Below, piece after piece: positions 1-9,643 of a stretch of DNA of 64,000 nt (positions within the stretch are counted from its first letter, which is position 1; each line of letters begins with the position of its first letter). The DNA is from an uncultured delta proteobacterium (lineage in GTDB: Bacteria; Desulfobacterota; Binatia; HRBIN30; BPIQ01), in contig CAVXGR010000018.1 in the NCBI GenBank assembly GCA_963761335.1, positions 672,001 through 736,000 of the forward strand, written 5' to 3'. The notes under the pieces were generated by a model. The model was given only the letters and a program-made list of their open reading frames with translations, had not been told where the DNA came from and did no database searches. Position numbers and translations under genes: made by a program.

Positions 1-1
1 G

Positions 2-175
2 CAGGCGTTCTACTACGCCCGCGTCGTCGAGAACCCCAGCTGCCGCTGGAGCACGTACATCTGCAACTCGTTGCCGGCCGCCGACCGCCCTCCGGCGTGC
101 ACCGATCCGCAGGTGCCGAAGACGATCCAGGAGAGGGCCTGGAGCTCGCCGATCTGGTACCAACCGGGGGTGTGA
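2..175 (+). CDS. DUF3604-family protein, C-terminal fragment (truncated by window start)
   Basis: Frame 2 reads [18 protein letters not shown]...[16 protein letters not shown], matching the conserved DUF3604 C-terminus as I recall it; not in the ORF track. Confidence 0.75.
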   Translation, partial: QAFYYARVVENPSCRWSTYICNSLPAADRPPACTDPQVPKTIQERAWSSPIWYQPGV

Positions 176-194
176 CGGCCCCGCGGGCAAAGCC

Positions 195-1562
195 TCACTT
201 CTCGCTCTTCTTGTGGCGGCCGCTGCGGTCCCCGTCGCTCACCAACTGGGCGAAGGTGAGACCGTCCCATTTGCGGAGCGCCGCGGCTTCGGCCTCCTGC
301 CAGCGCGACTCGATCTCCGCAGTGGTGTCGTCCTTTTCCCGCCAGGCGCGGACATCGCCCTCCTCGCGCAGCCGGCGCACGACCTCGCCCGGCTTGATCT
401 GGCCGGGATCACGGCTGGGGATGAGCTGCCGGTGCTCGCCAACCTCGAGGAGTAGGCCGGACTCGAGCAGGCGGTCGACGACGCGGTTGACGAGCCGTCC
501 GGAGACCTTCAGCTCCTGCGGAAGGTCCTCCGGTGTAGGGGGCTCGGCGGCGCTGATGAAGCGCTTCGAGGCCTCGGCGAGGATGCGCAGCGCCAGCAGC
601 TCGCGGCTCGCCATGCTGGCGTTCGGAGCCAGCAGCTCCTCGCGGTAGGTGGCGATGTTTTGCGAGGCAAATGCCACCTGGGCGCCGAGCAGAACGATCA
701 GCCAGGCGAGGTACAGCCAGAAGACGAAGATCGGGAGGGCGCTCAGCGATCCGTAGACGTTGGAGTAGTAGACCGTGGAGCGAATGTACCACGAGTAGCC
801 GAAGGCCGCCGCGGACCACAGCGTACCGCTGAAGAGGCCGCCGATGGCGGCGGCGGCGGGGGGCACGCGGGTCGAGGTCATGATGTAGTACATCAGCGCG
901 AACGCCGAGCAGATGACCACCAGCGGCAGCAGGCGCGAGAAGAAGATCTCCGCGGTGCCGGTCTGCTCGAGGATCCACTCGAGCGGTGCCAGCCTGTGAA
1001 ACAGCGCCGGCAGTGAAACGCCGAGAACGAGCAGGGTAGGGGCGATGGTGACCACCGTCCAGTAAACCGTCAGCCGCTCGAAGTACGAGCGGCTGCGCTT
1101 CACGCCCCAGATATCGTCGAAGGCGTCCTCCATGCTGCTCATCAGCGAGACCACCGCGATGACCACGAACACGAAGCCGGTGGCGCCGATGGCGCCGCCG
1201 TGGACGTTCTCGAGGATCATGTTGAGCCGTGCGGTGGCCTGGTCGCGTACGCCGACGGCCAGGTAGCCGGCGATCTTGGAGAGCAACATCTGCTTGGCGC
1301 TCTGCAGGCCCCCGAAGGCGCTGAACATGGAGAGGGCCACCGCCAGGGTCGGCACCAGGCTGAAGATGGTGACGTAGGTCAGCGCTCCGGCGCGCATGGT
1401 CAACTGGTGGCGCGAGAAGCCGTCGCGCACCACGGCGCTCAGCCGCAGGAAAGTCACGAACGGTCTTTCCATACGCCCGAACTCGTCAAGGTCGCGCTCC
1501 CAGATGTCCCGCTCGGCAAAGCGGAACACCCGCAGGCGCCAGGCGTGAAGCTTGAGATTCAC
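195..1562 (-). CDS. yihY: YihY/virulence factor BrkB family inner membrane protein with C-terminal winged-helix extension
   Basis: RAGALTYVTIFSLVP, YGSLSALPIFVFWLYLAWLIVLLGAQ motifs, multiple TM helices; C-terminal 'LPQELKVSGRLVNRVVDRLLESGLL' is wHTH-like. Confidence 0.85.
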   Translation of the reverse strand: MNLKLHAWRLRVFRFAERDIWERDLDEFGRMERPFVTFLRLSAVVRDGFSRHQLTMRAGALTYVTIFSLVPTLAVALSMFSAFGGLQSAKQMLLSKIAGYLAVGVRDQATARLNMILENVHGGAIGATGFVFVVIAVVSLMSSMEDAFDDIWGVKRSRSYFERLTVYWTVVTIAPTLLVLGVSLPALFHRLAPLEWILEQTGTAEIFFSRLLPLVVICSAFALMYYIMTSTRVPPAAAAIGGLFSGTLWSAAAFGYSWYIRSTVYYSNVYGSLSALPIFVFWLYLAWLIVLLGAQVAFASQNIATYREELLAPNASMASRELLALRILAEASKRFISAAEPPTPEDLPQELKVSGRLVNRVVDRLLESGLLLEVGEHRQLIPSRDPGQIKPGEVVRRLREEGDVRAWREKDDTTAEIESRWQEAEAAALRKWDGLTFAQLVSDGDRSGRHKKSEK

Positions 1563-1740
1563 TGTGTCGGCTCCTCCCCATCAATCGTACGGGAATCGCA
1601 GACGGCTTGCAGCCAATGCCGCTGCGGGTCGGCGGTAAGCTTCGCGGAGACGAGGGTCCTTACAAAATGCCGTGTAACCTTTTCTGGACCATACGAGGGA
1701 AGGGCAGATGGCGCAGGGGCAGGAGGGAGACGAGCCGCGG

Positions 1741-1756
1741 TGGCACGAAAAGAGCT
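1741..1756 (+). promoter_or_regulatory. Putative sigma-54 (-24/-12) promoter
   Basis: TGGCACGAAAAGAGCT: TGGCACG followed by GC at exact GG-N10-GC spacing, about 30 nt upstream of ATG 1787; the -12 element is GAGC rather than TTGC. Confidence 0.45.
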
Positions 1757-1786
1757 TTCCGGGCGAGCAGGAAGAAGGAGGATACG

Positions 1787-2254
1787 ATGTTCAAAATCGC
1801 CTTGATCACTGGAATTGCGGCGCTGCTTTTCGCCGGGATCGCGGGTGCCGACGACAGCTGCAACTACCAGGGGACGGTGTATTCGCCGGGCGCTGCCACC
1901 TGCCAGTCGGGAATGCAGTACCGCTGCGACGACGGAGAGTGGAAGGGGCTCGGGGTCAACTGCGGCGAGAAGCACGCCACCGCGGACACGTGCTCGTTCG
2001 ACGGCCGAAGCTTCTCGATTGGGTCGACCAGCTGCCAGTCGGGCGTGCAGTATCGCTGCGAGGCGGGCTCGTGGACGAACCTCGGCGTGACCTGCACGGT
2101 GGCCGGCGACCAGCCGCTTGCGCCGCTACCTCCCGCACGGACGTGTATGTACAACGGCGCGACCGTCGCCAGCAGCTCGACCATCTGCAAGTCGGGCACG
2201 ACCTTCCTGTGCGACAACGGAGACTGGCGAAATCTCGGCACCGCCTGTCAGTAA
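1787..2254 (+). CDS. Secreted Cys-rich protein with three tandem DUF1496/YnjH-like repeats
   Basis: AAGGAGG RBS before ATG 1787; signal peptide MFKIALITGIAALLFAGIAGA; three units C-x-(Y/F)-x-G...C-(Q/K)-S-G...C...W-x-x-L-G-x-x-C. Confidence 0.7.
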   Translation: MFKIALITGIAALLFAGIAGADDSCNYQGTVYSPGAATCQSGMQYRCDDGEWKGLGVNCGEKHATADTCSFDGRSFSIGSTSCQSGVQYRCEAGSWTNLGVTCTVAGDQPLAPLPPARTCMYNGATVASSSTICKSGTTFLCDNGDWRNLGTACQ

Positions 2255-2280
2255 ACAAAAGTTCGGCTCTTCCCCAAAAA

Positions 2281-2315
2281 AGGCGGTCGTGCCGGCGGCG
2301 CCGGTGCGGCCGCCT
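2281..2315 (+). terminator. Stem-loop downstream of the DUF1496-like gene (possible terminator or transcript stabiliser)
   Basis: AGGCGGTCGTGCCGG / CCGGTGCGGCCGCCT pair fully on the + transcript with three G-U pairs; no U-tract follows. Confidence 0.35.
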
Positions 2316-2342
2316 CCCTCCCTAACAAACCAGAAAGCCAAC

Positions 2343-2447
2343 GTGGAAGCGCCGTGCCGGCGCTTCCGAAGCGGCGAGACGCCGCTTCTACTCTGCCCGC
2401 GGGCCAGCGGAGCCTGGCTCGAGTGGAAGCGCCGCCCCGGCGCTTCC
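2343..2447. repeat. REP-like GT(A/G)G hairpin family A: one doublet plus one single unit
   Basis: GTGGAAGCGCCGTGCCGGCGCTTCC-GAAGCGGCGAGACGCCGCTTCTAC (2343-2391) and a single unit at 2423-2447; near-identical copies at 13765, 14078, 48929 and 53944. Confidence 0.8.
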
Positions 2448-2596
2448 ATGTGCAGCTTCTCTCGGCGCGGCGAGCCTGCTAGGTTTCCTGCGCGCCCGGG
2501 GCGATCGCGATGAAGCGATGCAGTGTCCCGTGGGAGGAGACCGGAGGGCATTCGCCTCGGCAAGTGGAGAAGCTCCTCGGCGGAAAGGGGAAGAAC

Positions 2597-4006
2597 GTGG
2601 CATCGACGGAAACGACCTATGACGCGGTGATCGTCGGCGCGGGGACCTCCGGTTCCTTCGTCGCCAATGCCCTGACCCAGGCCGGCATGAAATGCCTGTT
2701 GCTCGAGGCCGGTCAGGACTTCGACCGCAAGACGTACCCGCGCAAGGAGATCGACGGCAACGCCCAGCTCTTCTGGGGCGGCGGCATCGAGCTCAACACC
2801 GACGCCAACATCGGCTTCCTGCGACCGAAGGCGGTGGGCGGCGGCTCCATCGTCAACCAGGCGTTGATGGACCGCTTCGACGACAGCGCCTTTGACGCCT
2901 GGCGGCAGCAGTCGGGCGTCTCCTCCCTCACCCGTGCCGAGCTCGATCCGTGGTACGACCGCGCCGCGGAGCAGATGCAGATGCGCACCGTCCCCGAGGA
3001 GTACCGCAACGGCAATGCCGAGATCTTCCGCCGCGGCTTCGAGCTCAACGGCTACCGCTGCGCGCCGTTGAAGCGGGCCCAGGGGGACTGCCACTTCGAG
3101 GAGGGCAACTGCTGCATCGAGTGCCTCTCCGGCTGCCGCATCGACAGCAAGCAGAGCACGGTGGTGACCGTGCTGCCGCGGGCGCGCGCCGCCGGCCTCG
3201 AGGTGGTGTCGCAGTTCGAGGCGAAGCGAGTCGAGGAGGGCGGCGGCATCGCCACCGTCTCCGGCGCCGGCGCTGACGGCGCCACCGCGGCGTATCGCGG
3301 CAAGAGCCTGGTTCTCGCCGCAGGCGCCATCGGCAACTCGCGCCTGCTGTTGGCCTCCGGCTACGACAAGCGGTTGCCGGCGCTCGGGTACAACTTCAAC
3401 ACCCATCCGCAGTACATGATTCTCGGTCTCTACGACCAGCCGGTGAACGCCCATCGCGGGCCGCTGCAATCGTACAAGTCCGACGATCCGAACTTCCGGC
3501 GGCACGGGTTCAAGCTGGAGAACGTCTTCGCGCCGCCGGTGGCCATCGCCATGCTGATGCCCGGCTTCGGCGCCGCGCACCTCCAGAAGATGAAGAAGAT
3601 CACCCACATCGCCTGTATCGAGGTCGCCGTGCGCGACACCAATCCGGGGCGGGTACGCCTCGGGAAGAAGGGGGCCGTGGTGGTCGAGAAGAAGCTCAAC
3701 GACGAGGACAAGCGCCGCCGCGATCGCGGCCGCGAGGCCATCCACAACATCTTTCACTCCACCGGGGTCAAGGAGATCATCGAGGGCGGCTTCGCCATCG
3801 GCCTGCATCTGCAAGGCGGTTGCAACATGGGCGTCGACCCGCAGCGATCGGTGACCTCTCCGGAGTTTCGACTGCACGGGTCGAAGAACATCTACGTGGG
3901 CGACTCCAGCATCTTTCCGAACGCTCCCGGCATCAATCCGGCATTCACCATCATGGCCTTGTCGTTGCGGGCAGCCGACCAGATCATCAAGGACGCGCGC
4001 GCATGA
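2597..4006 (+). CDS. GMC family FAD oxidoreductase
   Basis: YDAVIVGAGTSG dinucleotide-binding motif, AVGGGSIVN, C-terminal HLQGGC and GINP; GTG start chosen just before the FAD motif. Confidence 0.9.
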   Translation: MASTETTYDAVIVGAGTSGSFVANALTQAGMKCLLLEAGQDFDRKTYPRKEIDGNAQLFWGGGIELNTDANIGFLRPKAVGGGSIVNQALMDRFDDSAFDAWRQQSGVSSLTRAELDPWYDRAAEQMQMRTVPEEYRNGNAEIFRRGFELNGYRCAPLKRAQGDCHFEEGNCCIECLSGCRIDSKQSTVVTVLPRARAAGLEVVSQFEAKRVEEGGGIATVSGAGADGATAAYRGKSLVLAAGAIGNSRLLLASGYDKRLPALGYNFNTHPQYMILGLYDQPVNAHRGPLQSYKSDDPNFRRHGFKLENVFAPPVAIAMLMPGFGAAHLQKMKKITHIACIEVAVRDTNPGRVRLGKKGAVVVEKKLNDEDKRRRDRGREAIHNIFHSTGVKEIIEGGFAIGLHLQGGCNMGVDPQRSVTSPEFRLHGSKNIYVGDSSIFPNAPGINPAFTIMALSLRAADQIIKDARA

Positions 4007-5976
4007 GCACTCCACAGCTGCTGACCGAGAGACAGTACGCCGGCTTGCTGAAGATCGGCGACATCATCATTCCCGGGGACCGCGACCTGCCGTCGTTCTC
4101 GGCCTCCGGATGCGCCGAGCAGGCGGACCGCATGCTGCGGTACATGAACGAAGGAGATCTGCAGGGCCTCCGCGCCGTCCTCGGTCTCTTCGGGGCGCTG
4201 CCGCGTCCCGCGGTGCGCCAGGTCTTCGCGCTCAGCGAGCGCCACGCCTCGGTTCCGGAGCCGGCCGCTGCCCCATTCCGCATGGCCAACCTCGGCGTCA
4301 AGGGCGTGGTCACGACGCTCTACTACTCCGATATCGGTACCGGCACCTCGGTGCACGAGGCCATCGGCTACGACGCCAAGGTGGTGGTTCACGACGAGGG
4401 AGGGCAAGCCTCCGGCGCGCCGTCTCCGCAGGCAGGCGCCACGGCGCCGCTCCAGATGGCGCCGCCGCCGCCGCCGCCGCCCGCGCCTGCGGGAGTGGCC
4501 GGCGCTCTCGACCGCGCCCGCAGCGGCTTTCGCTCTCTTGCCCAACTGACGCTCGCGGAGCGCCTGCGCCACCTCGGCCTGCTCAAGCGGGCCATCCTCG
4601 AGCGACGCGAGGAGATCATCGACCGCATCCAGAAGGACACGCGGAAATCGCGGTCCGACGCCCTCATCTCCGAGATCTTCGGCGTGCTCGACAATCTCGC
4701 CTGGCTGGAGAAGCGCGGGCCCAAGGCGCTCGCCGATCACCGCCAGCCGACACCGCTGGCGCTGTTGGGGAAGACCTCGTGGACGTGGTACGAGCCGCTG
4801 GGCACCATCCTGGTCATCGCCCCGTGGAACTATCCGTTCTATCAGGCGATCGTGCCGATCGCCTGCGCCTTCGCGGCCGGCAACAGCGTCGTCTTCAAGC
4901 CTTCCGAGTGGACGCCGCTCGAGGGCCTGATCGAAGACCTCCTGGCGCAGGCCGAGTTCGCTCCCAACTGGGTTCAGGTGATCTATGGCGACGGCGCCGT
5001 GGGCGCTCAGCTCGTCGAGCAGAAGCCGGGGAAGGTGTTCTTCACCGGGAGCACGCGCACCGGCCGCAAGATTCTGGCGCTGGCCGCCCCGAACCTGGTT
5101 CCGGTCGAGCTCGAGCTCGGCGGCAAGGACGCGATGATCGTCTTCGACGACGTCAACATCCAGCGTGCCGCCGCCGGCGCCGCCTGGGGGGCGCTCACCA
5201 CCACTGGCCAGTCCTGCACGTCGGTGGAGCGCGTCTACGTGCAGCGGTCCATCTATGAGCCCTTCAAGGCGGCGCTGGTGAAGGAGGTTGCACGCCTCAA
5301 GCAGGAGATCGACACCGACGGCGATGCCGATCTCGGCGCCATGACCACCGACTTCCAGATCGAGATCGTGGCCCGACAGATGGAAGAGGCCCGCGCCAAG
5401 GGAGCTGCGGTGCTCACCGGCAGCGGTTGGGACGGAAAGTCGAAGATGATCCCGCCGATGGTGGTCGACGGGGTTACCGAGGAGATGCAGCTGGCACGCG
5501 AGGAGACCTTCGGCCCGGTGATTCCGCTCATGCCGTTCGACAGCGAGGAAGAGGTGATCCGCCGCGCCAACGAATCCGAATACGGGCTCACCGCCAGTGT
5601 CTGGAGCCGCGATCTGCAGCGCGCCAAACGAGTCGCCCGGGCTCTCCAGGTCGGCGGCGTCTCGATCAACAACGTCATGGCCACGGAGGCCAATCCCGGG
5701 CTGCCCTTCGGCGGCGTCAAGAACAGCGGCTTCGGCCGCTACAAGGGCGAGCTCGGACTGCACGCCTTCTGCAACGTGAAGTCGGTTCTGATCGACAAGG
5801 ACAGCGCCAAGATCGAGGCCAACTGGTATCCCTACACGCGCGAGAAGTACCGGCTCTTCACCGAGATGATGGTCAACCTGTTCAGCGGCGGCGTCCGCTC
5901 GATGGCGCAGTTCGCGCGCGCCGGGATGAAGCTGGAGAGCTACTCGAAGAAGGCGGCGAAGGAGGGGCGCCGGTGA
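4003..5976 (+). CDS. Aldehyde dehydrogenase with an extra N-terminal ~130-aa domain and Pro-rich linker
   Basis: ATGA overlap with the GMC stop; PWNYP, KPSE, FTGS, ELGGKD, GQSC (catalytic Cys), EETFGP, PFGGVKNSG. Confidence 0.9.
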   Translation: MSTPQLLTERQYAGLLKIGDIIIPGDRDLPSFSASGCAEQADRMLRYMNEGDLQGLRAVLGLFGALPRPAVRQVFALSERHASVPEPAAAPFRMANLGVKGVVTTLYYSDIGTGTSVHEAIGYDAKVVVHDEGGQASGAPSPQAGATAPLQMAPPPPPPPAPAGVAGALDRARSGFRSLAQLTLAERLRHLGLLKRAILERREEIIDRIQKDTRKSRSDALISEIFGVLDNLAWLEKRGPKALADHRQPTPLALLGKTSWTWYEPLGTILVIAPWNYPFYQAIVPIACAFAAGNSVVFKPSEWTPLEGLIEDLLAQAEFAPNWVQVIYGDGAVGAQLVEQKPGKVFFTGSTRTGRKILALAAPNLVPVELELGGKDAMIVFDDVNIQRAAAGAAWGALTTTGQSCTSVERVYVQRSIYEPFKAALVKEVARLKQEIDTDGDADLGAMTTDFQIEIVARQMEEARAKGAAVLTGSGWDGKSKMIPPMVVDGVTEEMQLAREETFGPVIPLMPFDSEEEVIRRANESEYGLTASVWSRDLQRAKRVARALQVGGVSINNVMATEANPGLPFGGVKNSGFGRYKGELGLHAFCNVKSVLIDKDSAKIEANWYPYTREKYRLFTEMMVNLFSGGVRSMAQFARAGMKLESYSKKAAKEGRR

Positions 5977-6022
5977 GGCGTCGCCCTGGAGTCGAGCTCC
6001 TGCGGCGCGACATCCGCCCCGC

Positions 6023-7030
6023 TTGATGCGCTCCGCGGTCACCGGAGCCGCGGGCTTTCTCGGCCTGGCAATCGTCCGCCATCTGCTCGTCGGCGGCGAT
6101 CAGGTGCGCGGCGTGGTTCTGCCGGGCGATCCACAGGCGGCGGGGCTGCGGCAGCTCGATCCTGGCGGTGATCGTCTGGATATCGTCGAGGGCGATGTCA
6201 CCGACATCGGCTCGCTGGCGCCGGCGTTCCGCGGCGTCCACCGCGTCTTTCACACAGCGGCCCTGGTGCACGCCTGGGCGCCGTTGTCGCGCTTTCGCAC
6301 CGTCAACGTGGGCGGCATGCAGAACGTGGCGCGCGCCGCCGCCGAGGCAGGAGTCGAGCGCCTCCTGGCGGTGAGCACCTCGGATGTTTTCGGTATCCCG
6401 CGAGGCGATGAGGTGCTGGACGAGAGCTCGCCGGTGCGCCGCTGGGGCGAACCCTACGCCGACTCGAAGATCGAGGCCGAGCGCTGGCTCTGGCAGTACC
6501 GGCGGGACAGCGGCCTACCGGTGACGGTGATCTATCCCGGCTGGATCTACGGGCCCGGAGACCGCGCCTTCTTGCCGGGGCTGGCGGCCGCGATCCGCGG
6601 CGGCTTCATGATTTTCTGGGCGCGTCAGGTGCGCCTCGCCTGGGCCTACATCGACAACATCGCCGATGCCTGCGTGTTGGCCAGCGCCGAGCCCCGCGCC
6701 GCCGGGGAAGGGTACCTCGTCCACGACGGCATGGAGGGGCCGACCTTCGAGGAGGTGTGCGCGCGCATCGCTGGCGCCATCGGGGCGCGTCCGCCGCGGC
6801 GACACGTGCCGTACGCCGCCGCCTACGGCGCGGCGGCGGCGGTGCAGTGGACCTGGCGCACTCTCGGCCTGCGCGGCACACCGCCGCTGCTCACCGTCGA
6901 TGTGAAAGCCTTCGGCCGCTCGTTTCGCCTGTCCAACGAGAAGATCCGCGCCCTCGGCTGGCGGCCGCGCGTGCCGACCGAAGAGGGCATGGAGCGCGCT
7001 CTGGCGTGTCTCAAGCCGGCGCGCGAGTGA
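6023..7030 (+). CDS. NAD-dependent epimerase/dehydratase (extended SDR, 3-beta-HSD-like)
   Basis: VTGAAGFLG, HTAA, YADSK (YxxxK), IYGPGD. Confidence 0.88.
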   Translation: MMRSAVTGAAGFLGLAIVRHLLVGGDQVRGVVLPGDPQAAGLRQLDPGGDRLDIVEGDVTDIGSLAPAFRGVHRVFHTAALVHAWAPLSRFRTVNVGGMQNVARAAAEAGVERLLAVSTSDVFGIPRGDEVLDESSPVRRWGEPYADSKIEAERWLWQYRRDSGLPVTVIYPGWIYGPGDRAFLPGLAAAIRGGFMIFWARQVRLAWAYIDNIADACVLASAEPRAAGEGYLVHDGMEGPTFEEVCARIAGAIGARPPRRHVPYAAAYGAAAAVQWTWRTLGLRGTPPLLTVDVKAFGRSFRLSNEKIRALGWRPRVPTEEGMERALACLKPARE

Positions 7031-7051
7031 GCGGCTCGGCAGGAGCCCTGG

Positions 7052-8137
7052 CTACGGCCGAACCTCGTAGTAGGCGTTCACCGGGTTGCCGAACTCGTGG
7101 CGCTGGAAGCGTGTGAACCCGGCGGCGGCCGTCATCTGGCGCGCCACCGGCTCGCTGAAGCCGAGCGTGCCGAGCCCGGCTCCGCCCGGCACCGACAGGG
7201 CCGAGGACATACAGCTCATGATCGAGAAGCCGTACATCAGGGCCACCATGGGATTGCGCTCGAGGTTCTCCTCGAAGGTCGGCTTGGCATTGATGTCGGC
7301 GATCAGCCAGGTGCCGTCCGCCTTCAGCGCCTTGCGGACCGCGTCCATCACTTCCTCGGGGTGAGTCATGTCGTGAATGCAGTCGAAGGCGGTGACCAGG
7401 TCGAAGCTCGCATCCGCGGGTAGGGCGTCGCCGCTGGCGCAGTGGAAGGTGACGTTGCTCACCCCGGCGTCCGCCTTGTTGGCCTCGGCGCGCTCGAGGG
7501 CATGGCGGGAGATGTCGTATCCGTGGAGCTCGGAACGCGGGTAGGACTTCGCCATCTCCAGAAGGGCGAGGCCGGCGCCGCAACCGATGTCGGCGACCTT
7601 GGCGCCGGCCTCGAGCTTGGGCACGACGCCGTCGAGGCTCGGCAGCGCCAGCGGCACCAGGAAGCTGCGAAACCAGGGCGCCAGGAAGCGCTCGATGCCG
7701 ACGGCGCCCTCGGCGCCGAAGGCGTCGTAGGGCAGGCCGATGCCGGTGCGAAATGCCTCCGGCAGGCGCTCGAGAACGGCGACCTGCTGCGGTAGGGAAT
7801 GGAAGCCGCCGGCGGCAAACGCGGGGCTGTTCTCCTCGGCCAGCACCAGCCCGGCCTCCGGCGACATCGAGAAGCGTCCGTCGCCGCGGTAGTCGATCAG
7901 GTGTGCGGCCGCCTGGCCGCGCAACCACTCGCGTACCCAGCGCTCGTTGAGGCCGGTCTTCTGCGCCAGCTCATCGCTACCGATCGCCCCGGCGTCCTTG
8001 AGCGCCCGATAGAGACCGAGGCGGTCACCGAGGTGGATCATCCCCGAAACCACTGCTCCCTCGAGAAATTCGTAGACGTGAAAGACGAACTTCTCCAGCT
8101 TGTCCATGTCCAGGGTCTGTTGCTCTTCTTCGGCCAT
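7052..8137 (-). CDS. Class I SAM-dependent methyltransferase with N-terminal winged helix (Rv2258c-like)
   Basis: GDRLGLY...ERWVREWL N-domain; VADIGCGAG motif I; FDCIHDM; GLGTLG. Confidence 0.88.
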   Translation of the reverse strand: MAEEEQQTLDMDKLEKFVFHVYEFLEGAVVSGMIHLGDRLGLYRALKDAGAIGSDELAQKTGLNERWVREWLRGQAAAHLIDYRGDGRFSMSPEAGLVLAEENSPAFAAGGFHSLPQQVAVLERLPEAFRTGIGLPYDAFGAEGAVGIERFLAPWFRSFLVPLALPSLDGVVPKLEAGAKVADIGCGAGLALLEMAKSYPRSELHGYDISRHALERAEANKADAGVSNVTFHCASGDALPADASFDLVTAFDCIHDMTHPEEVMDAVRKALKADGTWLIADINAKPTFEENLERNPMVALMYGFSIMSCMSSALSVPGGAGLGTLGFSEPVARQMTAAAGFTRFQRHEFGNPVNAYYEVRP

Positions 8138-8207
8138 GTGCGCCTCCCGGGGATGAGATAACAAACGCGGGAGGGCAATGTCGACGGCAGCGAGCTGTGG
8201 AGATGCT

Positions 8208-8271
8208 GGGTGTTGAGGTGTTGAGGTGTTGGGCTCCCCTTCCCGCGTTGCCTGCGGGAGAAGGGTGAGGG
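8208..8271. repeat. Octamer tandem (GGTGTTGA) followed by a CCCTTCCCGC...GCGGGAGAAGGGTGAGGG palindromic element
   Basis: Direct reading; the palindrome resembles the one inside lhr at 37342-37436. Confidence 0.55.
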
Positions 8272-8301
8272 AACGACTGCCGAGTGTGCTACACAGCTCG
8301 G

Positions 8302-8982
8302 ATGCTCAAGCTCATGTACGTGGTGTGGAAGGAGGACAGGGCGGCGGTCGAGGATCTGCGGGAACGGCTGCTGGGCGACGTCGGTCCGGCGCTCCTGCGT
8401 CGCACCGCGGGTGAGGTGGTGGTGAACGTGGCCGATACCGGTGCGGCGTTCGGAGGCGCGACCCTGGAGGCCGCCGCGGCAAGTGCGGCGGCCCTGCTGT
8501 CGTTCTGGCTCGACGACCTCGACGACTGCACCGCCGCCGAGAAGGAGATTGCGTCGCTCGGCGGGCGCCGTTCAGGCTTCCTCGTCGACCAGGCAATCCC
8601 GCGCGACTACGACCGCCGCACCTGGCCCGACGGGGCACGCACCCCGGGTGCGAAGCTCGTGTCGCTGTTTCCCAAGCCGGCGCGGCTCTCGGACGAGCAG
8701 TTCTTCGATCACTGGTTCGGCTCCCACACGCCGCTGTCGCTCGAGGTGCATCCGCTGTGGCGCTACGTGCGCAACGTCGTGACTCGCCCGCTCACCCCGG
8801 CGGCACCGCCGTACCGCGGCATCGTCGAGGAGCAGTGCCGGGCGCTCGAGGACCTGACCGATCCGATGCGCTTCTTCGGTGGCGTCGAGAACCTGTCGCG
8901 GGTGCTGGCGGACGTGCGCGCTTTCCTCGACATCGACAGCGTCGAGAACAGCGTCATGAGCGAGTACATCCTGCGCAGCTGA
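8302..8982 (+). CDS. EthD domain-containing protein
   Basis: LSDEQFFDHWFGSHTPLSLEVHPLWRYVRNVV is an EthD-like motif. Confidence 0.8.
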   Translation: MLKLMYVVWKEDRAAVEDLRERLLGDVGPALLRRTAGEVVVNVADTGAAFGGATLEAAAASAAALLSFWLDDLDDCTAAEKEIASLGGRRSGFLVDQAIPRDYDRRTWPDGARTPGAKLVSLFPKPARLSDEQFFDHWFGSHTPLSLEVHPLWRYVRNVVTRPLTPAAPPYRGIVEEQCRALEDLTDPMRFFGGVENLSRVLADVRAFLDIDSVENSVMSEYILRS

Positions 8983-9023
8983 ACGGCGGCAGGCTCGCCT
9001 GACGGAGAGGCAACGGCGCATCG

Positions 9024-9455
9024 ATGGACGACGGCAGCACCATCCGCATCAACTCTCGCATCGTCATCCCGCTGAGCGAGATCCAGCTGACCTATGCGCG
9101 CTCCGGTGGACCGGGCGGGCAGAACGTCAACAAGGTCGCCTCCAAGGCGACGCTGCGCTTCAACCTGCGGGACTCGCCATCGATACCGGCAGCGGCGCGG
9201 AGCCGCGCCCTGGAAAAGCTCGCCTCGCGTCTGACGCGCGACGGCGAGCTGCTGCTCTCGGCGAGCGAGTACCGCGACCAGAGTCGCAATCGCGCCGCCG
9301 TTGTCGACCGCTTTCGCGCAGTACTGGCCGGCGCCGTGGCTCGGCCGCGGCGCCGCGTCCCCACCGCTCCCAGCAGGGCTGCGCGCGAGCGCCGTCTCAC
9401 CGAGAAGAAGGCACGCGGCGAGCGCAAGCGGGAAAGAGCGATCAAGGGGGAGTGA
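9024..9455 (+). CDS. arfB: Alternative ribosome rescue peptidyl-tRNA hydrolase ArfB (YaeJ)
   Basis: RSGGPGGQNVNKV (GGQ motif), RDQSRNR, basic tail ERRLTEKKARGERK. Confidence 0.95.
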   Translation: MDDGSTIRINSRIVIPLSEIQLTYARSGGPGGQNVNKVASKATLRFNLRDSPSIPAAARSRALEKLASRLTRDGELLLSASEYRDQSRNRAAVVDRFRAVLAGAVARPRRRVPTAPSRAARERRLTEKKARGERKRERAIKGE

Positions 9456-9464
9456 GAGAAGGGA

Positions 9465-9600
9465 ACGTTGACGGGTTTTCGGGTTCGCGGGTTGCCGGGT
9501 TGGCGAACAGACATACTCCATTCTCGTCCCCGGTTCTCGTCCCGTCGTTCTCCATTGAAGCCGCAAGTCGTCAACCCGATAACCCGATAACCCCTCAACG
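9465..9600. repeat. Composite intergenic repeat: inverted octamer arrays flanking one GAGAAC-family arm
   Basis: CGGGTT-containing 8-mers at 9465-9505, complementary AACCCGAT 8-mers at 9571-9600, and TTCTCGTCCCCGGTTCTCGTCCCGTCGTTCTCCATT at 9521-9556. Confidence 0.6.
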
Positions 9601-9643
9601 GTCTCCCGTTGAATCGAGCGCGCCCGCTCTCTATCGTCGCTCG

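Noticed and set aside
1673..1697. TGTAACCTTTT as an ECF -35 element upstream of the DUF1496-like gene
   Set aside because: No convincing CGT/CGA-type -10 at 16-nt spacing
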